Shown here piece after piece: positions 54,474-64,000 of a stretch of DNA of 64,000 nt. The stretch comes from Octopus sinensis (taxonomy: Eukaryota). The notes under the pieces are model-generated. The model was not told where the DNA came from, searched no databases, and was given only the letters and a program-made list of their open reading frames with translations. The stretch is from assembly GCF_006345805.1 (NCBI RefSeq), contig NC_043012.1:39556001-39620000 (forward strand), written 5' to 3'. The position numbers and the translations under genes are program-made. Each line of letters starts with the position of its first letter. The first letter of the stretch is position 1.

Positions 54474-55804
54474 GTGTGTGTGTGTGTGTGTATTTATTGG
54501 CCCTCTGTCGATTTTAGAGAAGCGTAACCATAGCTTCCATGAACCGAAACGCCAACTCATTCCCTTCGCATCTAAACGGGTGAATACTCTACACAGGTCC
54601 GTTGTCAACCATTTCTTAGTCTGAATCAGTGTATGTCAAGTCTGGACCTTTGAATTCGGGGTAGATTGTATTCCATCCAACAGCCACCCACACAGTTTCC
54701 ATAACTCCACTTCTTGCCTTCACATGACTTCGCTCCAAAAGAGGCTGCAGAAAATTGGCTTGCAATACGATCTTCCATACCACTCCACCGCGGCCGCGTC
54801 GAGATGTGTGCGTGCGCGTGTGTGTCATCGATTTGGAGACACATTTACGATTCTTCTTTCTTTTTTCCTTTTCCTCCTCCCCTTTCTCCAACCCTAACCC
54901 GTTCCCTCACTCCACTTTCACCATCATCATCATCACATCACTTTTTCCCTATTCTTCTCTTACATTCATCACCATCTTATCCTCTCCTTCACTTCCATCT
55001 GCTAGAAATGGTAGCTAATTCTTCCTGAAATTAAGTCATACAATTGTTTTTTTCTTTTTTTGAAAAAGTCACACAACGTGCTTCCTGATATACAAAAAAG
55101 GTGGGATGGTCAAAGATGGATCTACATTGATTATAGGTCTACTGACAAACAACAGTTCAGCACCAACTATAATGACATGTCGACAAGTTGTGCATTAATA
55201 CGCTTCGATATTTACTCAGCCCAATCTTTAGAGGCCAAAACACTAAAATATTCCACACCAAAATATATGTTCCACATTCAGCCACTAGGGTTGTTTTTGA
55301 TGTAGGCGTTTGTGTGCGTTTGTCACTGTGTGTCCGTCAATGTATGCTTGTGTGCGTGTATGATCATGTGTGTGTGCTGCCGTGTTGGTATCCTCGTGTG
55401 AGTCTGTATGTGTGTGTGTTTCCGTATGTATATACTGGTGTGTGTGTGTGTGTGTGTTTTATTTTCCTCCCTTTTTTACATCATGAAATTCCTGCTAGAT
55501 GCTGTTACTGCTGCTAAGTGAACGGCGGCGTGTGCTTTGGTTGGAACCAATCAATTATCTAGCATCGATCACCAATCACCGATCATCGATCAGCAATCAT
55601 CGCACGTTTCATATCACTGTTGTTGGACAAAAGAACTCTGTTCTCTATCAAAGTCATTTACAACAGTTACATTGCAGAGAACAACACCACCCTAATAATG
55701 GAAACATAAAATGATAAAAAAGAAGAACATCAGTACGAATTATCTTTCAAGGACATTTCATTGCACACACACATATGTTTATGTATATATATATATATAT
55801 ATAT

Positions 55805-55842
<38 letters not shown>

Positions 55843-55843
55843 C

Positions 55844-55885
<42 letters not shown>

Positions 55886-55993
55886 GTATATATATATATA
55901 TAATATATATATATACGTATATATATATATATATATATATATATACGTATATATATATACGTAATATATATATATATATACGTATTATATATA

Positions 55994-56036
<43 letters not shown>

Positions 56037-56090
56037 ATATATAATATGTATATGTATATATATATATATATATGTATATGTATATATAAT

Positions 56091-56139
<49 letters not shown>

Positions 56140-56493
56140 ATATATAATATATATATATATGTGCATATATACACGTACACGTGTGTGCGCGTGTGTGTAT
56201 GTATATATATTGTCTATATACATATGTATTCATATTTATAATTATACACATAAATACGCACACACGTACACACACATATATATACAAGCAAGCAGACGCG
56301 TATCTATACACACACATACCACACACATACACACACACACACACCACACACATATATATACAAATGCTTGTATGAGGGTGTGTGTATGTGTGAGTTATTT
56401 ATAGTGATATCGAAATGTGTGCAACCACTTAAGTGGTGTATACAACGTTGGAACCTGTAATTTTATGTTTTATATTAACATGTCTTCCCATAG

Positions 56494-56525
<32 letters not shown>

Positions 56526-56657
56526 GAATGGCCTTATGTATGTACATGTATATGTGTTGTTATACTAGGAACATAGTATAACCGTTTATATATATATATA
56601 TATATACACATGTATACACATATATATATATATATACGCAAGCATACATACACATAC

Positions 56658-56689
<32 letters not shown>

Positions 56690-56837
56690 TTATGTATACG
56701 CATGCATATACACATAAATATACGTGTGTATGCGTGATACGATGTAGTTAGATACACGCATCTATAAATACAATCATGTGTACAGTTACCATGTATTTTT
56801 TTGTTTTTTGTTTCTACTCAGCCACACGTACATCCGC

Positions 56838-56909
<72 letters not shown>

Positions 56910-57332
56910 TTGTGACTTGCTATACTCGGACGAGATCAATGGCATCAGACTGCCACTTATAAATATGTGAAAGGAATAAAAAAATAGAGCATATACATGT
57001 AGAATAAAAAAAAATGTCGTCAGATAGTGATAGAAAAATAAAATATAAATTCATTAGATTAATAGCTTGGAAAGAAAACCTACGTTAGCAGCACCGTTAG
57101 TCCATTAGATCCAAATTAGAAAAATCTATTCATTTTCACAAGAAGGTTAGTCTAATCTAATCATTACTGGTGCTGAAGATAATTTTCCTAAAAACGGAAC
57201 TGTTGTTAATCAGTAAAAATTTCTTGAGTTTTACTTTCGTCTTTTCCGCCATAATCATCTGGCAGGTGTGATCGTCTGCTTCTTTGATTTTTTTTAGTTC
57301 TTTTTCTCATTTTCTCTTTCCCCCACTCTCTT

Positions 57333-57390
<58 letters not shown>

Positions 57391-60080
57391 ACTCTTTCTC
57401 TCTCTCTCTCTCTTTCTCGACAAGCAGACAACCATGCAAGAAAGAGCGGACGCATAAAAAACAAAGAATTAATCAATGATAGATGATGAAATAACGTACG
57501 GAATAATAATAAAAAAAAAAGAGGGGCGTTTGGTAGATGAAGCAAAAAATAGCAGAAACAACAACAACAACGGACACAGCGGCGTAGAGAATAAATAAGT
57601 AAAGAGATGCTTGAAATATAAAGAGTCTTCAGGGCGGAACGAAATCGAGGAAGAAAGAAAATTTTTAGATACTTTGATAGACGAAATGAACCAAAATAAT
57701 GGAAGCATAAGTAGAAGACTACATATAATTTTTGGTTTGGTTGTATCCGGTCATGGTGACCCCAACAGGAACGCAGTAATCGACCTTCTCGTGATTTCAA
57801 CTCTAATTGAAAAACCCATAAGATACGGCACGAGATGTTATGAATATAAATTGTGATATATAATGTGAGGTGTTAACGGTGAAGATACCATTGGTCTTGA
57901 CTGGACTATGAAGGTCATAAGTGCACAAGCTATTATTCTAGAGCAGCGGAATTAAAGAATAAAACACAAATAAGAAATCATTCTGACTTATCTACTGACA
58001 TTGGAGAAAAATAATTTTATATCTTAGGTATAATACCAGCGATTTTGGCAGAAAGTAACGTCCACTTTAATCGAATAGACTGATATCGAACATCCATGAA
58101 CGATAAAGTCTACCTCAACGGGATTTCAACTATGAATGGAAGGGACTTAAGTAAATACAGCTTCGCCAATCAAGAAACTTCGAAGACAATGGACTGATAG
58201 ACAAGACGGGATAAGCTAACAAGCGAAAAGTAAAATAAAACTTAAGATTATGAATGGATTTAGTAGAGGGAAAGTGTGCGATGAATGATAACAAAATACG
58301 ATGTATGAACGATTGAAGGAAAATAGAGGAAAGGAAGAATAAACTTCTAAATAAAAGAAAGAAAAGAGCAAAAGCTGAATGAATGAAATTAATGATGAAC
58401 GATAGAACAAAGGATAAATATTTTCAAAGACAAATATTTTGAAAGAAGGCCATTACTGTGGTAAACGTGAGTTGGATGATAGTCGATGGAAAGTGAAAAG
58501 TATGAGGCAATTGGAAATGATTTTGATTCTATTCGGTCGGAAAGACGGGACAATAGCCATGGCTGTCACAGGTTTTCTGTGTTCGGTGACATTGAAACCA
58601 TTCATGTTGTTTTAAGCTGTTTCGAGTCAACGATTGAAGGAAATATAGATGCAAGGAAAGAATTTCAGACAGCCAAACATCTGGGGACGTAAAACTGGGT
58701 GTGGTGGTGAGTACTTAATGTGTAGGCTGCACACAAGAGGGGTCATAAAAGAATGAAAGACGAGTGAACTGGAAGAGACTGAGTGGAGTGAGCTCACTAC
58801 CTGCCAGATTCGGAGAGTAAAGTTGTACCGATTGAAAAATTGACGTAATGACGATGGTGATTGGCACGGTTGGTATTATGGACATGAATGCAATTCTTAA
58901 TTGCTCGCGCGCACACATTGGGAAAATGTTGCTGAGTTGCGATGATCGACTTCATAATTAGCTGGAATTTTTAAAGCAATCAGAGTTGCATGATAATGTT
59001 CATGAAGTTGTTTCGATTTTTTTAACCATGCACACTGAGATTGATTAATGATTGGTGAATAAGTATGAACTACTGCAGCGCCAATTCGCTCGGTCGACCG
59101 AAACTGACTGGCTGAAATAGATTTCTGTTTCCTAAACATTTGATAATTTGTACGCAAACTTGCATCGTAACACCCCATATTGTCCCAAGAATAAGAATTC
59201 TGGGGAAAAAGCTGTTGTAGTTCAGCTGAAGCTAGGTCTTGCAAACCTATGGTCAAAACTTCCAACCGACAGTGCCTTGCTATTTTTCATATATTCCTTC
59301 CGTTTTATAAAACAGCAGGGTGTGGTTTCAGAGATATTTGGCTACTATTTCTAGCACCTTGAACTACTGCGGAGAATCCTTACAAAATTCGCCTCGCAAT
59401 CACATGGGTACAGTTTTGAGCACAATGCAAGGCACGTTCAGGAGATGTCTTCTACAACAATCTCTTGACCATCCATAATATGTGGAAGAACTTGGTAAGA
59501 GAAATAGAAGAACTCTTCCAGACTGACTGAATCTAATAGGATCAGTCTCATCACAAATAGCATCTCATAATTTGTAGAAATTATCTCAAAGGGCATACGT
59601 GACTGCAGGATACTCAAATACTCAACCATGTATACCGAGAAGGTGTTGACCAAGAATGGTGTAAAACGGCGGAAAAACACAGGAAAAAAAGAATGTTGTT
59701 TTAGATACGGGTATAATTTGAACCCACTTGTTAATTTGCCACTGCTACCACAGCTTAATTGCCGTGGACTTATCAGTCTTTGCTGTTAATTGAAGACAAT
59801 GGTGTCAAGACTTACGAATGGTATCTCTAAGAATCGATGCAATTACAAACTAAGAAACCTTCACGAAATTGTCGGTTGCTTCTACCTATAATAATTACGA
59901 TAATCTTACATGTCTTCATATACGCTTATTCGGCGCACGCGCACACACGCAGACATATGCATGCACACGCCTGAACACACACGTATTTGTGTGTGTTACA
60001 TGTATCTATGCATGCCTGCATATAGATATGCACGCACACACGCTGTATAACTTCCTATGTTCAAATATATTTAATTTGGC

Positions 60081-60081
60081 T

Positions 60082-60160
<79 letters not shown>

Positions 60161-60209
60161 GTAGGTAGATAGATAGGTAGGTAGATAGATAGGTAGGTAG
60201 ATAGATAGG

Positions 60210-60255
<46 letters not shown>

Positions 60256-60340
60256 CATATATAGATAGATAGATAGATAGATACATATATAGATAGATAG
60301 ATAGATAGATACATATATAGATAGATAGATAGATACATAT

Positions 60341-60379
<39 letters not shown>

Positions 60380-60445
60380 TCAATAGATAGATAGATAGAT
60401 AGATATCAATAGATAGATAGATAGATAGATATCAATAGATAGATA
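60081..60445. repeat. (TAGA)n/(TAGG)n tetranucleotide microsatellite
   Basis: Directly visible. Confidence 0.95.
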
Positions 60446-60961
60446 TAGAGAGATTATCATTTTGTTTCCAATTTTTCTTCCTCTTTTTTTTTTAAATCCC
60501 AGCTCTGATATCGACCAGTTAGTTGCAAATCATCATAGCTTTTTTCTCCATAAGCAATCAATAGTAATCGATATTGGAACAATTCCGCCATCTCCCTGAA
60601 TGTCATATGTGGTAGTGGTTCGATGTAAGTGGCAATAAAACAGTTTGCGTTACCACGAGATGACGGACAGCTAGAGACATGGCAAATGACATTTACATAG
60701 GACAACATTCATTCACTTAGCTATTCTATGGAGCATGTCTTTTATTACCAGCTTCCCTCCTCCTCTTTCTTTGTGTGTATGTGTGTGTGTGTGCGCTTGT
60801 TTGTATGCGCATATGTATATATATATGTGTGTGTATGTTTGTGTGCGTATGAGAAAGAGAGCTTTATATATATGTATACAAATATAAGCAAGGTTATATC
60901 GTATCATATAAAATATATATACATAATACCTTTTACGTGTACATACGCACACGTAGGGACT

Positions 60962-61015
<54 letters not shown>

Positions 61016-61339
61016 TGGCATGAGATTCGTAATAACCTCTCAGCCTGCACCTATTCATACAGTCGATGCCCAGCTGTCACTGTTGCATGTTGGTGTCTAC
61101 CAACTGAGGAAAGGTTTTCAGGTGCTTCTTGTTATTAGATTCAATATTTGTAGCACGGCAATATTTACAGAGAAATATAACTTTTTTTTTCCCAACGACA
61201 ACCTTGATGTAAATATTATTTAATGTGAGTAATGAATTTCTTAAATAGAAACTAATGCTGTTGTAATCCATTGAAACAGATAACATATACCTTAGTGTAT
61301 TTCTCCACATTCGACCAGTCTCTGGAAGAATCCCCATGT

Positions 61340-61640
61340 TCATGCTTTGTGTTGCCATAATTCTAAATCTTCAGTTGCTACAGAAAGGCAACCATGAGAG
61401 ACGCATTCAATGTTCTGTATGAAGATTCCGTGATTGAAAAGTGTTTGGACTTGAGGTTTGTGAATTGTAAGACCAAAGGGTGGTTTGATTGGAAATTGTC
61501 GCCTTTCTATTTGGAATAGTACAGCATGATCCCTTGGTTGGACATTTACTCTTGGAACAAGTAAATTTCCCTTTTGTGGATAGTAGAAGCAATAACAGTT
61601 CTTTTCTCTTACCATTGAAAAGGATATCAGCTAAATCATA
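61340..61640 (-). pseudogene. Helitron PIF1-family helicase C-terminal relic
   Basis: LLVPRVNVQP...RRQFPIKPPFGLTIHKPQVQTL...GIFI...SHGCLSVA matches the Helitron helicase motifs IPRI...RRQFPIxxAFAMTINKSQGQTL...FSHGQLYVA with substitutions. Confidence 0.8.
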
Positions 61641-63100
61641 ATTTTGATGAAGAACAATGTACACAGCTTTCTCTTTTCTTTTCTTTTTTTTTTTTTTTGA
61701 CAAGCCATTTTTGCCGAGTTATTCCCCACGAACGAAACTGAATTGAAAAATGATGTGCTTTATCCTTGTTGAGGAATGTGTCACTGTTTAAGTATTCAGT
61801 GATTTGACATTAAAAGGCACTTTATAATAAAACTTCGAATTTAAGATTTATAATTTTATGTAAGGCTTTCACAACGATAGTTGTTTTTAGAGTTTCTTCA
61901 TAAAAGACAGCATTATATAGTGTGTTTTTTTTTCGATCTGTCTTGCTGGAATTGCTTTTATTTTTATCAATTCTGAACAGATGTTCTACAGGACAATTTG
62001 CAAAGCTTTGCGCTCTTAAAATATCTATTATCGCCTCTACACAAAATTCATATGGTAAAAGTATGTTGATTTGGCGGCAGGCACCAAAAACACTATAAAT
62101 ATTCTACAAAAAGTACTATTTTTTTTATTAGCATGCTGGGATGTACGGACCTTTGCCTCAAATACTTTATCAGCCACAGTTACTTCTTATAATTGATTGA
62201 TTAGCGGACCAGTTGCGGCCTTTAATGACATAAGGAGAGCCCAGTCATTACATAAACCTCTCGTATCCTATTCTGGTCACCTCGAGACATTGCAGTTAAT
62301 TAGTTATCCTCATGCTTTCATTGCCAATGGGGCAACAGCCTCATAAATGCTGTGCCGTGCTGCTCTGTCTTCAGCACAGGAATGTCTTCCTTCCGATATG
62401 TCTTTCAGTTCTTTCTGTATTGTTTTCCATCTTTTTTTTTTTGTTTGTATATATAAGTCCTGTTTCACGATTTCCAACTATGACACAATTAAGACATGCA
62501 AAATTTAAATATTTCTCAACATCAGAGCAATAATACTCCTTACGTTCTGCCCTCTGCAAAATAACTTCGTTAGAAACCCTGTCATGAGTTTTGTACTTAA
62601 CGATCCATCTTGTCTTAACGTATAGGGGGTAACGATTTCTGAAAGGGACTGGGTCGTAGAACCATCAGATTAGAGTATAGAAAGATTGTCTCAGATATCT
62701 GACAAAGCGTCTTTCTAAAAGTCACATTGATTTATTAATAAAACTCATTCTTGAATCAGTAAAAGCTCGTAGATTTATGGTAGAACAGCGCTCTTTGACA
62801 TCACATTATTGTGTAATAAGGGCTCCAGTTGATGACAGTTAACTCTGTGTGTGCGTGTGTGTGTTGATTGCAAATCCCCCCTTAATCAGCTAATGCTTTT
62901 CTCTCCGTTTACTTATCTATTTGTCGCAATATGTTAAATAATTGTCTTTCAGAACACACTTTCATGTAGTCACAGACAAACGTATGCTTATCATCAATGA
63001 CGGAGATAGTTGTACACGAGCACACTCATACACACACGAATACACAGTTACATTTCTGTTTTGTGATATAATTTTTTATTTGAAGACGCGAAGCATCACT

Positions 63101-63149
<49 letters not shown>

Positions 63150-63422
63150 CTCTCTCTCTCTCCGTTCTCCTGCGCCTCGGGTTGCTCATATATATATATT
63201 TATGTGTGTATGTTGAGTATTGTCTGCGCGTGTTTGTGTCTGGTTTGAGTTCAAGTTTTTCACATTCATGACGGATATTTCCTTTAAAACACATCAACCT
63301 GGTTTGTGTGTATGGTGACTTTTAACGTCTTTCGAGCTTTTATCAGAACACACACACACACGTTATCTTTATTCCTCTCTCTCCCTCCCTCTCTCTCTCT
63401 CTCTTTCTGTATATATATACGC

Positions 63423-63502
<80 letters not shown>

Positions 63503-63925
63503 GTACATATATATAGGTATATACTTTTCTCTCTCTCAATTTCCCTTTTTCTCTCTCACACGTTGTTGATGGATTGAAAAAGAGTACTCAATGCAGCTAT
63601 AGAGTATATGTAGGTGTATTAAGTAAATGATTTCTTTATAGCTTCTCACTTGTAACATTCATTCTACTACAGAAAGCGATGTTGGAACAGACTGCGTTAC
63701 CTGGCATCACACGCCAGATTACTATTGAAAACTTACTTTATACGCAGTCCAATGAGCGAGCACGAGAAAATCTAGTACATTGATTTTAGGTGCCATGTAT
63801 GTTTATATGTGCGTATGTATGATTATATATATATATGTGTGCGCGTTTGTGTTGGTGTATGTGCGTATGCATATATTTGTACGTGTGTATATGTATGTGT
63901 GCATATCTATATGTATGTGTATACA

Positions 63926-63978
<53 letters not shown>

Positions 63979-64000
63979 TTTTTCGTAGTCCGAGAAAGAC

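Noticed and set aside
54500-54810. Unique GC-richer segment with several open frames
   Set aside because: No frame resembles a known protein and splice sites are unconvincing.
59441-59500. Possible small exon ending in TTG|GTAAGA
   Set aside because: Weak acceptor, no recognisable peptide and no neighbouring exons.
806-63569. Long Y/I/C/V/H/T-rich ORFs in the track (for example 48070-49312, 6282-6938, 13207-13740)
   Set aside because: They are translations of (TA)n, (TG)n, (CA)n and (TAGA)n microsatellites that stay open because they lack stop codons; there is no evidence of coding.

Overview
Eukaryotic, very AT-rich and microsatellite-rich DNA with one 100-N gap. Its repeat families (tRNA-headed SINEs with (TAT)n tails; Penelope, CR1, Hero-like and Helitron relics) most resemble an Octopus/coleoid cephalopod genome, which is an inference. 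I could not support any intact host protein-coding gene, and almost every ORF in the track is translated microsatellite, so the window looks intronic or intergenic. The main unexplained signal is a set of type I hammerhead ribozyme (HHR) motifs found by hand-folding. There are four intact-core copies in repeat units (242-289 and 717-764 in a ~480 bp tandem unit; 47070-47132 minus and 47740-47802 plus in an inverted ~555 bp unit), one intact minimal HHR (8081-8126), and degenerate copies (1149-1254, 2115-2149, 2314-2348, possibly ~14.7 kb). They belong to about five unrelated non-coding families, several arranged as tandem or circularly permuted units, as expected for Penelope pseudo-LTRs or retrozyme-like circular RNA elements. 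Two intact families share an unusual U-U apposition at the base of helix II. Other notable structures are a ~480 bp near-perfect palindrome, a 46 bp perfect hairpin, a head-to-tail SINE array and several microsatellite-bounded tandem duplications that may be assembly artefacts.
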